A stretch of 64,000 bases of DNA from assembly GCA_038126035.1 (NCBI GenBank), contig JAYPEY010000007.1, positions 38,084 to 102,083 on the forward strand, in the 5' to 3' direction. Source of the stretch: Verrucomicrobiales bacterium. GTDB taxonomy: Bacteria; Verrucomicrobiota; Verrucomicrobiia; Limisphaerales; JAYPEY01. Within the stretch, counting starts at the first letter, position 1. Each line of letters opens with the position of its first letter. A program made the translations under genes and the position numbers. Shown here in pieces: positions 1 through 9,097 of the stretch. The notes under the pieces are model-generated. The model was given only the letters and a program-made list of their open reading frames with translations. It made no database searches and had not been told where the DNA came from.

Positions 1-756
1 TCGGAGAAGGTCAACGACTACGCGCTCAAGGAGGCGGCCTGGCTCATCAACATGATGCTGGCCAAACGCCCCGACGTGAAGGAGGCGATGATCAAGAGCG
101 GCTCCCGCATGATCGTCATGGCGCACAACGAATTCACCACCGAAGTCCCCGAGCATTCCAGGTTGCGACCCAAGGGATTCTGGGACGCGCGCGCCCGCGG
201 CCTCGGCGGCTCCCGCACCGATCCGGTCTGTTCCTGCGCCGAGGAAAACATGCTGGCCTTCGAGGGCGACCCCTATCACAAGGAGAACATCCTGATCCAT
301 GAGTTCGCCCACAATATCCACTACCGCGGCATGGACCGCCTGGACGACACCTTCGACAACCGGCTCAAGGCGACCTACGAAAAGGCCATGAAGGAGGGAC
401 TCTGGAAGGGCAGATACGCGTCCGTCAACCATGCCGAGTATTTCGCCGAGGGCGTGCAGTCGTGGTTCGACGACAACCGCGAGAACGACCACGATCACAA
501 CCACGTCAACACTCGCAAGGAATTGAAGGCATACGACCCCGGGCTCGCCGCCATGTGCGAGGAAGTCTTCGGCGACACCAAACTGGTCTACACCAAACCA
601 ACCACCCGACTGCACGGCCACCTGGAGGGTTACGATCCCTCAAAGGCTCCCAGGTTCGAGTGGCCCGCCCGGCTCGACGACGTCCGCAAGGCGATCAAGG
701 AAAAGGCCAAAGCCCGAAGCAGGAGCGGCGACCGGAAGAAGCCTTACGTGAACTGA
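1..756 (+). CDS. zinc metallopeptidase-like protein (HExxH), 5'-truncated by window edge
   Basis: The frame of ORF 52..756 stays open back to nt 1 (SEKVNDYALKEAAWLINMML...). HEFAHNIHY supplies an HExxH zinc-binding motif. TGA stop at 754-756. No family assignment beyond HExxH metallopeptidase is supported. Confidence 0.6.
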   Translation, partial: SEKVNDYALKEAAWLINMMLAKRPDVKEAMIKSGSRMIVMAHNEFTTEVPEHSRLRPKGFWDARARGLGGSRTDPVCSCAEENMLAFEGDPYHKENILIHEFAHNIHYRGMDRLDDTFDNRLKATYEKAMKEGLWKGRYASVNHAEYFAEGVQSWFDDNRENDHDHNHVNTRKELKAYDPGLAAMCEEVFGDTKLVYTKPTTRLHGHLEGYDPSKAPRFEWPARLDDVRKAIKEKAKARSRSGDRKKPYVN

Positions 757-931
757 GGGCTATCGCATGTTGCTCGACCACAATTGCAGCCCCCATGCAT
801 GGAGGTTCGCCTTGACCAACACCTGAATGAGACCTCGAGATACCGTGCTTTTCCAACTCAAGCGCCCGCGCCATGAACCGCTCTGTCGGAGCGCGGCTGC
901 GGCTCGTCTCCGACACAACCGCGCCCCGAGA

Positions 932-3199
932 ATGCCGGGTCAGTTTCCGCCGAGCCTTGCCCGGCGCTTGTTCTGGGCCGCCGCCGCGCTGATTCCCTCG
1001 TTCCTGACCGCCGCCCCGTTTGTTCCCGGCCTCAGCCACCACGCCGGGCTGTCGCCAGCGCAAACCGGTCAGGTTCTCATATCCGAGCTCAACTGCCTCG
1101 CCTGCCACCAAACCGGGCCGGGAGGTGGGGCCGTTTCCGGAAAAGGCGCTCCGGACTTGAGCAATGTCACATCCCGGCTCCGCGCCGACCGCCTCGCCCA
1201 GTTGATCGCCAAGCCCCACGCCGCCAAGCCCGGCACGACCATGCCTGACCTCTTCGTTGGCATGTCCGACAAGGAACGATCCGAGGCCGGCCAGGCCATT
1301 GCGCATGCGCTCCTCAGTTGGTCTCCCAACGGTGTTTCGCGACAGCCAATCGACGTCAAATCCGTCGAGCGGGGACGGGATCTTTTCCACACCGTCGGCT
1401 GCGTCGCCTGCCACGGCCCTGAGAACGACGCTTCCGATTCCGTCCCGTTGGGCGCCTTGGAGAACAAGTATCACCTCCGGGGGTTGACCGCCTTTCTCGA
1501 GGATCCCCTTGCGATCCGCCCGGGCGCACGCATGCCAGACCTGAAACTCGATCACTGGGAGGCCGTCGACATCGCAGGCTATCTCCTGAGGCGCCAATCG
1601 CCGCCTGCCGGAAACGCCCTCCAATTCAAGGCGGACAAGGCGCTGACGGACAAGGGCTATGCGCTCCTGAGAAAACACCGCTGCCTCAACTGCCACCAAC
1701 CGGACGCCGGCGAGGCCAAACTGCCCCTCCGAATCGACCGACTCAATCAAGGCTGCCTCTCCGACCGACCGGGCTCCTGGCCGCAGTATTCGCTCAGCGC
1801 CGACCAAACCAGCGCTTTGCGGACGGCCCTGCGCCCCGCAACGCCGGACTTGAACCACCGCGAGGAAATCGCGGTCGACATGGCGCGACTGAACTGCCTC
1901 GCCTGCCACAGGCGCGACGGCCAGGGCGGCCCCGGTTCATCACGCGATTCCTTCTTCACCACCGCCGACCCGAACCTTGGCGAACAGGGCCGCATCCCTC
2001 CCGACCTGACCCACGTCGGCTCCAAGCTGAAGGCTCCATGGCTGCACAAGGTCGTCGCGCAGGGGGCCTCGGCGCGGCCCTATCTGAAGACCCGCATGCC
2101 GCAATTCGGCGAGAAGGTGGGCGGAGCCCTAGCGGCGGCGATCAAACGCACCGACCGCACGCCGCCGACTTCATTCACCCGCAACAAGGATCCCCGCGAG
2201 GCGCAGAAACACGGCCTGGAACTCGCCGGAACCAGGGGCCTCAGCTGCGTGGCCTGTCATCCCTTTCGCGGCCAGAGCTCCTCCGCCATCCAGGCGACGG
2301 ATCTCGGCCTGATGTATGACCGGCTTGAGGAGCATTGGTTCCATCGCTATCTGGCCAACCCGCAGGCAGTCTCGCCGCTGACCATCATGCCGTCGTTCTG
2401 GCCGGGCGGCAGATCGCCGTTGCAGAACATCCTCGGCGGCGACGCTTCACTGCAACGCGACGCCCTCTGGCAATACCTCGCCCGCGGTCCCGAAGCTCGC
2501 CGCCCCGCCGGCATCCAACTTGAACCCCTGGAACTCACCGTCGGAGACGAGGCGGTCATGCTGCGGCGCAGCTATCCCGACATCGGCAAACGCGGCATCG
2601 GCGTCGGCTACCCCAACAAGGTCAACCTGTCCTTCGACGCCGGCCAGACGCGCCTTGCCGCAATCTGGCGCGGCGGCTTCATCGAGGCCTCCGGAGTCTG
2701 GCGCGGCCAGGGCCATGGGAGGGTTCGCATCATGGGCGACAACATCGTCAGGTTTCCTGCAGGGCCCGCCTTCGCCAATCTCGAGTCACATGACCAACCT
2801 TGGCCGACGCCCGCCGGCATGAGGTCCGCGGGGTTTCAATTCAAAGGCTACACGCTTGATGCAAAACAGCGGCCGGCATTCGAATACGAGTTCGGATCAA
2901 CCAGGATCCGCGACAAGTTTCTCGATCTGCAGGACGAAGAGGGACATAGGTTCTTTCGGCGTGAGCTGAAATGGCATTCCGACGACGGGACGAAAAACCT
3001 ACATTTCCGCGTCACGGTCGATCCGGAGATCCGGAGGTCCGGCGAAAGGGAATACACCGTCGGGAAATCGTTGATCGTCCGATTGCCCCGCGATGGGGTC
3101 ATACGATCCACGGAAAAGGACAAGGAACTACTGCTGCCGATGGGCGAGGCTGGCGAGACCATCATCGAGTATCACTGGACCAATTCCACGGGCAAATGA
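932..3199 (+). CDS. multi-haem c-type cytochrome domain protein (five CxxCH)
   Basis: ORF track 827..3199. I start at ATG 932 (MPGQFPPSLARRLFWAAAALIPSFL, signal-like). Five CxxCH motifs: CLACH, CVACH, CLNCH, CLACH, CVACH. TGA stop. Confidence 0.8.
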   Translation: MPGQFPPSLARRLFWAAAALIPSFLTAAPFVPGLSHHAGLSPAQTGQVLISELNCLACHQTGPGGGAVSGKGAPDLSNVTSRLRADRLAQLIAKPHAAKPGTTMPDLFVGMSDKERSEAGQAIAHALLSWSPNGVSRQPIDVKSVERGRDLFHTVGCVACHGPENDASDSVPLGALENKYHLRGLTAFLEDPLAIRPGARMPDLKLDHWEAVDIAGYLLRRQSPPAGNALQFKADKALTDKGYALLRKHRCLNCHQPDAGEAKLPLRIDRLNQGCLSDRPGSWPQYSLSADQTSALRTALRPATPDLNHREEIAVDMARLNCLACHRRDGQGGPGSSRDSFFTTADPNLGEQGRIPPDLTHVGSKLKAPWLHKVVAQGASARPYLKTRMPQFGEKVGGALAAAIKRTDRTPPTSFTRNKDPREAQKHGLELAGTRGLSCVACHPFRGQSSSAIQATDLGLMYDRLEEHWFHRYLANPQAVSPLTIMPSFWPGGRSPLQNILGGDASLQRDALWQYLARGPEARRPAGIQLEPLELTVGDEAVMLRRSYPDIGKRGIGVGYPNKVNLSFDAGQTRLAAIWRGGFIEASGVWRGQGHGRVRIMGDNIVRFPAGPAFANLESHDQPWPTPAGMRSAGFQFKGYTLDAKQRPAFEYEFGSTRIRDKFLDLQDEEGHRFFRRELKWHSDDGTKNLHFRVTVDPEIRRSGEREYTVGKSLIVRLPRDGVIRSTEKDKELLLPMGEAGETIIEYHWTNSTGK

Positions 3200-3435
3200 G
3201 AGCGCTTCAGCAAATCATGAGGAAGACGGAAGACAAAGGAGCCCGGACACGCCTGTCCGCGCGTTGGCTTCACCGGTGGGGTGTAGCTCCCGCTGACTTG
3301 TCGCGGCGAAGCTTTGCGAAGACGGAGCCGAGCGTAGGGACTTGCAGGCCAACGCACCGGAGAATCGAAGGCCCGGCTCAGCAGGAGCTTCGCCCCACCG
3401 TAACGCCGAGTCTGCGTCTGCTGCCATGCCGAGCA

Positions 3436-4920
3436 ATGCTCGGCGCTCCGTTGGGATTGCTGCTCCTGCTCGCCCTCGCATTCACCTCCCACGCCCAGGA
3501 CCTCGGAGACGAATGGGGCACGGCCGGCCGCGAGGCGGAATACTACCGCATCGTCGAGCTCCCCATCCCCGAATCCCACCACATCGAGGCCGGCAGTTTC
3601 GAAGCCCTGCCCGACGGACGCCTCGCCATCGGCACACGTCGCGGCGACATCTTCCTCGTCGATGGCGCCTACGAAAAACATCCGCGCCCGACCTTCACCA
3701 GGTTCGCATCGGGGTTGGACGAGGTCCTGGGCCTGACCTGGCGGGACGGCGTCTTCTACGTCACCCAACAGACCGAACTGACCCGCATCGCAGACGCCGA
3801 CAACGACGGCCGCGCCGACAGTTTCAAGACGCTCAGCGATGTCTGGGGTTTCAACAACTACCACGAATTCGCGGTCGGCTCGGACTTCGACAACGAGGGC
3901 AATCTCTGGGTGGCGTTGTGTCTGTCCAAGTCCTACCACTCCTACGAGAAGTTCCGCGGCTGGGCGCTGAAGATCACACCGGATGGAAGAACCATTCCGC
4001 AATGCAGCGGCATCCGCAGTCCTTTGGGCGTCGGCATGAATGCGCAGGGCGTGATGATCTACGCCGAAAGCCAGGGGCCATGGAACGGCTCCTGTTCGCT
4101 GAAGCATCTCAAGCCCGGCGGTTTCATGGGCCATCCCATCAGCTTCAACTGGTATCCCGACGCGCCGAACATGGGCCCCGTTCCCGTGACCCCGAACTCG
4201 CCCTCCCGGCTGGAGATCGAACGCAAACGCGTCAAGCAGCTCGTGCCCTATGCCGTGGTCTTCCCCTACAAGAAAATGGGACGCTCCATCTCGGGATTCC
4301 AGGTCGATCGGACGGGCGGGAAGTTCGGCCCCTTCAAGGACCAGATCTTCATCGGCGACTACACGCTCAGCATCGTGATGCGCGCGACCATGGAGGAGGT
4401 CAACGGCGTCTGGCAGGGCGCCTGTTATCCATTCCGCGAAGGGCTCTCCACCGGCATCCTCAACGTGCAGTTCACTCCGAACGGACAGTTGATCACCGGC
4501 GGCACGAACCGTGGCTGGCCCGTGCGCGGCCTGCGCAACAGCGTCCTGGAACGGCTCGACTGGACCGGAAAGACGCCCTTCGAAATCCGCGAGATCAACG
4601 CGCGCCACGACGGCTTCCTCCTCCATTTCACCAAGCCCGCCGACGCCCGGACCGCCGGCGACCCAACGTCCTACAAGCTGGAGACCTACACCCACTATTA
4701 CCGCCAGGCCTACGGCAGCCCCGAGGTCGATCACACGCAACCCAGGGTGACCCATGCGAAGCTCTCTGCAGACGGAATGAGCGTCCGCCTCACCATCGAC
4801 GGACTGGTCCAGGGCCACGTGCACGACTTCCACACCCCCGGACTGAAAGCCGCCGACGGCGACGCCATCCTCCACGACCGCGCCTATTACACGCTGAACG
4901 AAATTCCTGGGGCGCATTGA
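3436..4920 (+). CDS. secreted beta-propeller protein, PVC 'membrane-bound dehydrogenase domain' / glucose-sorbosone dehydrogenase-like
   Basis: Lies inside long ORF 2971..4920. ATG 3436 gives the signal peptide MLGAPLGLLLLLALAFTSHAQ. It has a DADNDGRAD calcium-type loop and propeller-like repeats resembling the central part of the 1524-aa protein at 35686..40260. The exact start is uncertain because it lies inside a repeat palindrome. Confidence 0.65.
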   Translation: MLGAPLGLLLLLALAFTSHAQDLGDEWGTAGREAEYYRIVELPIPESHHIEAGSFEALPDGRLAIGTRRGDIFLVDGAYEKHPRPTFTRFASGLDEVLGLTWRDGVFYVTQQTELTRIADADNDGRADSFKTLSDVWGFNNYHEFAVGSDFDNEGNLWVALCLSKSYHSYEKFRGWALKITPDGRTIPQCSGIRSPLGVGMNAQGVMIYAESQGPWNGSCSLKHLKPGGFMGHPISFNWYPDAPNMGPVPVTPNSPSRLEIERKRVKQLVPYAVVFPYKKMGRSISGFQVDRTGGKFGPFKDQIFIGDYTLSIVMRATMEEVNGVWQGACYPFREGLSTGILNVQFTPNGQLITGGTNRGWPVRGLRNSVLERLDWTGKTPFEIREINARHDGFLLHFTKPADARTAGDPTSYKLETYTHYYRQAYGSPEVDHTQPRVTHAKLSADGMSVRLTIDGLVQGHVHDFHTPGLKAADGDAILHDRAYYTLNEIPGAH

Positions 4921-4984
4921 CGCTTGCGCGCGTCGGTCCTGTGTCCATGATGCTGCGCCTTCAACGGACCCGGAATCTGACAAC

Positions 4985-6511
4985 ATGAAACATCGCCCGA
5001 CGCTCCGCCTCCTTGCGCTCCTCGCGCTGCTCACATCGTCCACCCTCAGTCCGGCTGTCGCCGGCCCCTGGCAGGCCAGCGGTTTCAAGGTGGGCGAGGT
5101 CACCGACACCACCGCCATTGTCTGGACTCGCCTGACGCGCAACGAGGAGCGCGTCCACAAACCCGGCGTCCTGCCGATCATCTGGTACCGCGATTCGAAG
5201 ACCAGGGAACTGCTGCTCAAGCCCAGGGACGGCCGCAAGGACTGGATCGTCGAGAACACCGACAACAGCCTGTTCAACAATGAAAGCTACTACACGCCCG
5301 TCCCGCGCTACCCCGAAGGCGAAAGCCTGGCGACGGTCGACGGCGCCGTTCCCGGCATGGCGGGCGAGGCGCGCGTGCGCTTTCGCGCCGCCGGATCAGA
5401 CGAATGGCATGCCACGCACTGGGAAAAGGTCGGCGAACATCACGACTTCACCCGACATTTCAAACTCACCGGCCTCAAGCCCGCCACGCGCTATGAACTG
5501 CGCGTCGAGTCGCGCCTGAACGACCGCCACCCCGGCGCGACGCTGACCGGCTCCTTCGGCACCGCCGCCGCAAAGGAGGACCCCGACAACGTTGTCTTCA
5601 CCGTCTCCACCGGGCAGGCCTACATCCACATCGACGACGAGGTGAACGGCTTCCGTTTCTACGAGGCCATGGAAAGACTGCAGCCGGACTTCTTCGTGCA
5701 CACCGGCGACTTCCTCTACTACGACCGTCTCGCCAAGGATCTCCCCCTCGCGCGCTGGCACTGGGAGCGCATGTTCAGCTTTCCGAACCTTCGCGACTTC
5801 CATCGCCAGGTTCCGATCTATTACACCAAGGACGACCACGACACCTGGATGGACGACTGCTATCCGACGATGAAGTCGCACTTCATGGGCTCCTTCACCT
5901 TCGATCACGGCCTGATGCTCTGGCGCGAGCAGCTCCCCATGAGCCCGAAGCCCTACCGGACCTTCCGCTGGGGAAAGGACTTCCAGATCTGGATCATGGA
6001 GGGGCGCGAGTTCCGCAGCTCCAATCCGGACCCCGACGGCCCCGACAAGACCATCTGGGGCAGGGAACAGATGGCGTGGTTTGAAAAGACCGTCCGCGAA
6101 TCCGACGCGACGTTCAAAGTCATCGTCTCCCCCTCGCCGATCGTCGGCCCCGATCGCGACAACAAGTTCGACAACCATTCCAACCCCAACTGGAAATTCG
6201 AGGGCGACCGGGTGCGCCGGTTCATCGCGTCCCAGAAGAACACCTACGTCGTCTGCGGCGACCGACACTGGCAATATGTGTCGATCGACACCGAGACCGG
6301 CGTGAAGGAGTTTTCCTGCGGCCCGGCCTCCGACGCTCATGCGGGCGGCTGGACCAACGACATGCTGCGCGCCGAGCATCGCTACCTCAACGTCACCGGC
6401 GGCTTTCTCGCCGGCTTCGTCGAACGCAAACGCAACGAGCCCCGCCTCATCTTTCGCCACTACAGCGTCGAGGGCGGGATGCTGAACGAGGTTGTGTTGA
6501 AGGCGGAGTAA
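4985..6511 (+). CDS. PhoD-like alkaline phosphatase / metallophosphoesterase
   Basis: Signal peptide MKHRPTLRLLALLALLTSSTLSPAVAG. Metallophosphatase-type motifs HTGDFLYYD, KDDHDTWMDD and GDRHWQYV. TAA stop. Confidence 0.8.
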   Translation: MKHRPTLRLLALLALLTSSTLSPAVAGPWQASGFKVGEVTDTTAIVWTRLTRNEERVHKPGVLPIIWYRDSKTRELLLKPRDGRKDWIVENTDNSLFNNESYYTPVPRYPEGESLATVDGAVPGMAGEARVRFRAAGSDEWHATHWEKVGEHHDFTRHFKLTGLKPATRYELRVESRLNDRHPGATLTGSFGTAAAKEDPDNVVFTVSTGQAYIHIDDEVNGFRFYEAMERLQPDFFVHTGDFLYYDRLAKDLPLARWHWERMFSFPNLRDFHRQVPIYYTKDDHDTWMDDCYPTMKSHFMGSFTFDHGLMLWREQLPMSPKPYRTFRWGKDFQIWIMEGREFRSSNPDPDGPDKTIWGREQMAWFEKTVRESDATFKVIVSPSPIVGPDRDNKFDNHSNPNWKFEGDRVRRFIASQKNTYVVCGDRHWQYVSIDTETGVKEFSCGPASDAHAGGWTNDMLRAEHRYLNVTGGFLAGFVERKRNEPRLIFRHYSVEGGMLNEVVLKAE

Positions 6512-6575
6512 GCCGGCTGCGCAAATGAAATCCCATCCTTGCCCCGGCGTCTGATTGGGAGAAAAGCTGACAATC

Positions 6576-8525
6576 ATGAATCGCGCATTGAAACGCCTCC
6601 TCCTCATCCCCGCTCTGCTGGCGGTCTGCCTGGCCTCTTCCGCCGCCGCGGACAAACCCAACATCCTGCTCCTGCTGGTCGATGACCTGAAACCGGCGAT
6701 CGGCGCCTACGGCGACCGCTTCGCCAGGACGCCGCACATCGACCGGCTGGCGGCGCGCGGGATGCGCTTCGACCGGGCCTATTGCAACCAGGCGGTCTGC
6801 GCGCCTTCAAGGTTCACCCTGATGCTGGGCTCGCACTCCACCTCGACCGGACTCTACGGCCTGGGCAATCGACTGCGCGAAAGCCTGCCCGACGCGGTCA
6901 CCATGCCGCAGCATTTCGCGAAGCACGGCTGGCGAACGGAGTCGCTCGGCAAGATCTTTCACATCGGGCACGGCAATGAGGGCGACCCGGAATCGTTCCA
7001 GGCGCCGCACTTCAAGGAGAAGGTGATCGAATACGTCGATCCCGCGAGCACACAGGGCGGCCAATTGACGCGCGAGGAGGCCTACTTCACGAATCAACGC
7101 CTCGGCGAGATCAATTCCCTGCCCCGCGGCGCAGCCTTCGAAGGACCGGACGTGGAGGATGAGGCCTACGCCGACGGCCGCGTCGCCGCGGAGACGATTC
7201 GACGACTGCAGGCCGCCAAGGACCGCCGGACAAAGGAGGGAACCCCCTTCTTCATCGCCGCCGGGTTTGCCCGTCCGCACCTCCCCTTCTCCGCGCCAAA
7301 GAAATACTGGGACCTGCACGATCCGGACAGGCTGCCCCAGCCGGCCTACGAGGATCACCCCAGGGATTCGCCGACCGTCGCGCACAAACGCGGCGGCGAG
7401 ATCAGGAATTACTTCCCTGTGCCCGACAAGGGCGATCCGGCGACGATCTCGGAGAAGGTGAAACGGCAGTTGATTCACGGCTACTACGCCAGCGCAAGCT
7501 ATGTCGATGCCCAGATCGGCAAGGTCGTGAAGGCTTTGGACGAACTGGGCCTGGCGGAAAACACGATCATCGTGCTCTGGGGCGATCACGGCTTTCACCT
7601 CGGCGACCTCGGCATCTGGACAAAGCACACAAACTACGAGCAGGCCAACCGGATTCCCATCCTGATTACCGCGCCCGGCGTGACCCGCCCCGGCACATCC
7701 ACCAGGCAACCGGCCGAAAGCGTGGACATTTTCCCCACCCTCGCCGAACTGGCCGGCCTGCCAAAACCCAGGGGACCGCAGCCCATCGACGGCGTCAGCC
7801 TCGTCCCCGTGTTGAAGGACGGCGACGCGCGCGTTCGCGACCACGCCTATCACGCCTATCCGAAAGGAAAGATGGGCCGCGCGATCCGGACGGAGCGTTA
7901 TCGGCTCGTCGAGTGGCGCAATCCGAACGAACCGAGCTCGGCGGCGCAGTACGAACTCTACGATTATCAGAGCGACCCGAACGAAACCCAGAACCACGCC
8001 GCAAAGAAGCCGGCAGTGGTGAAGGAACTCGCCTCGATCCTGGCGAAGTATCCCGAAGCCGTGTCGCGCGGCGGAAGGAGGCGAAACACGGCGCATCCGA
8101 CCGCCCCGGCGACCCCGGTCATTGCAAAGAAGGAATTGCGCGTCGTGGTCGAGGTGAACGCGCGCAACAAGACGCCCCGCGGCGTCGTCCTGGCGCAGGG
8201 CGGACGCGAGCATGGCTACGCCCTGCACTTCATCGATGGCAGACCCGCCTTCGATGTGCGCGTGAATGGCAAGGTCACACGCGTCAAGGGCAAGACCCCG
8301 CTGAGCCGGAAAATCCGCCTGGAAGCGACGTTGAACCGGAAGACGATGTCCCTGACGGCGAATGGGAAACTGATCGCTTCCGCGGCTTCCCCCGGCTTGA
8401 TCCCGGTTCAACCGAAGGACGAACTGTCGATCGGCGAGGACACCCTGTCCGCGGCCGGGAACTACGAGGCCCCCAACCCCTTCAACGGCGCGATCTCCTC
8501 GCCGCGGGTGAATGTGGGGGATTGA
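6576..8525 (+). CDS. sulfatase (iduronate-2-sulfatase-like) with C-terminal LamG/ConA-like domain
   Basis: ATG 6576 gives MNRALKRLLLIPALLAVCLASSAAADKPNILLLLVDD. Formylglycine signature CAPSR within NQAVCAPSRFTLMLG. About 170 extra C-terminal residues (HGYALHFIDGRPAFDVRVNGK...) look like a LamG-type beta-sandwich. GGGAGA lies about 14 nt upstream. Confidence 0.85.
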   Translation: MNRALKRLLLIPALLAVCLASSAAADKPNILLLLVDDLKPAIGAYGDRFARTPHIDRLAARGMRFDRAYCNQAVCAPSRFTLMLGSHSTSTGLYGLGNRLRESLPDAVTMPQHFAKHGWRTESLGKIFHIGHGNEGDPESFQAPHFKEKVIEYVDPASTQGGQLTREEAYFTNQRLGEINSLPRGAAFEGPDVEDEAYADGRVAAETIRRLQAAKDRRTKEGTPFFIAAGFARPHLPFSAPKKYWDLHDPDRLPQPAYEDHPRDSPTVAHKRGGEIRNYFPVPDKGDPATISEKVKRQLIHGYYASASYVDAQIGKVVKALDELGLAENTIIVLWGDHGFHLGDLGIWTKHTNYEQANRIPILITAPGVTRPGTSTRQPAESVDIFPTLAELAGLPKPRGPQPIDGVSLVPVLKDGDARVRDHAYHAYPKGKMGRAIRTERYRLVEWRNPNEPSSAAQYELYDYQSDPNETQNHAAKKPAVVKELASILAKYPEAVSRGGRRRNTAHPTAPATPVIAKKELRVVVEVNARNKTPRGVVLAQGGREHGYALHFIDGRPAFDVRVNGKVTRVKGKTPLSRKIRLEATLNRKTMSLTANGKLIASAASPGLIPVQPKDELSIGEDTLSAAGNYEAPNPFNGAISSPRVNVGD

Positions 8526-8590
8526 TCGAAGGAAGTCGCCGCACGCGCCGGCGGGTTCGCCGGGCGTCCCGCCCGGTCATTCAACAGCCT

Positions 8591-8635
8591 GCGGCGAGAC
8601 GCCGCATGAACCCGCAGCCGGGACGGCTGCGCTAC
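8591..8635 (+). repeat. intergenic repeat family R2, copy 1 (GCGGCGAGACGCCGCAWGAACCCGCAGCCGGGACRGCYGCGCYAC)
   Basis: Near-identical 45-nt sequence also at 17338..17384 and 29138..29183, and as an inverted pair at 56392..56495. It contains two short GC hairpins (GCGGC/GCCGC and GCAGCC/GGCTGC). Confidence 0.8.
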
Positions 8636-8668
8636 AGTCTCAGCGCATCCGGTCCAAAAGCCGCCGAA

Positions 8669-9097
8669 TCACGCCCACTTGTCGAGCAATCGGCCGATGG
8701 CGTGAGGCAGGTAGAAACGCGGGGTCTCGATTTTGGAGCGCACCTCGATGAAGCCCTCGGGAAAGCCCAGGCCGCCGATCGTTTCCTCCACATGACTGGC
8801 CATGCGGTTGGTCAGGATGATCACCGGAGCCTTCCGCCCGATGAGTTTGTCCTTCAGTGTCTCCAACACCCACAGGCCCGTGTCCAGACCGTCGCCGGTC
8901 GAGGCCAGAGTCACGCCCTCGGGCGGCGGCATCATGATGTCCAGCACGATGCAGCCGACGGATTCATGCTCATCGAACGCCTTCAGCCCGGCCTCCGCCG
9001 AATCGCGGAAATGCACGGTGTAGCGCTTCTCCAACTCCTCCACGTAGCGGCTGGCGAAGAACGGTTCGTCGTCGATAAACAGGATCTCTTTGCTCAT
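8669..9097 (-). CDS. single-domain response regulator (REC only)
   Basis: [14 protein letters not shown]...VLDIMMPPP (phospho-acceptor Asp context) ...VIILTNR. ATG 9097 overlaps the kinase stop as ATGA (9094-9097). ORF track 8669..9139. Confidence 0.8.
   Translation of the reverse strand: MSKEILFIDDEPFFASRYVEELEKRYTVHFRDSAEAGLKAFDEHESVGCIVLDIMMPPPEGVTLASTGDGLDTGLWVLETLKDKLIGRKAPVIILTNRMASHVEETIGGLGFPEGFIEVRSKIETPRFYLPHAIGRLLDKWA

Noticed and set aside
3172-5280. 702-aa antisense ORF. Similar long shadow ORFs occur at 695..1909, 5396..6664, 6807..8411, 41695..43437 and 46710..48545.
   Set aside because: They lie opposite well-supported genes. Their translations are Arg/Gly/Ala/Pro-rich and low-complexity with no motifs. 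Long open antisense frames are expected at this G+C content.
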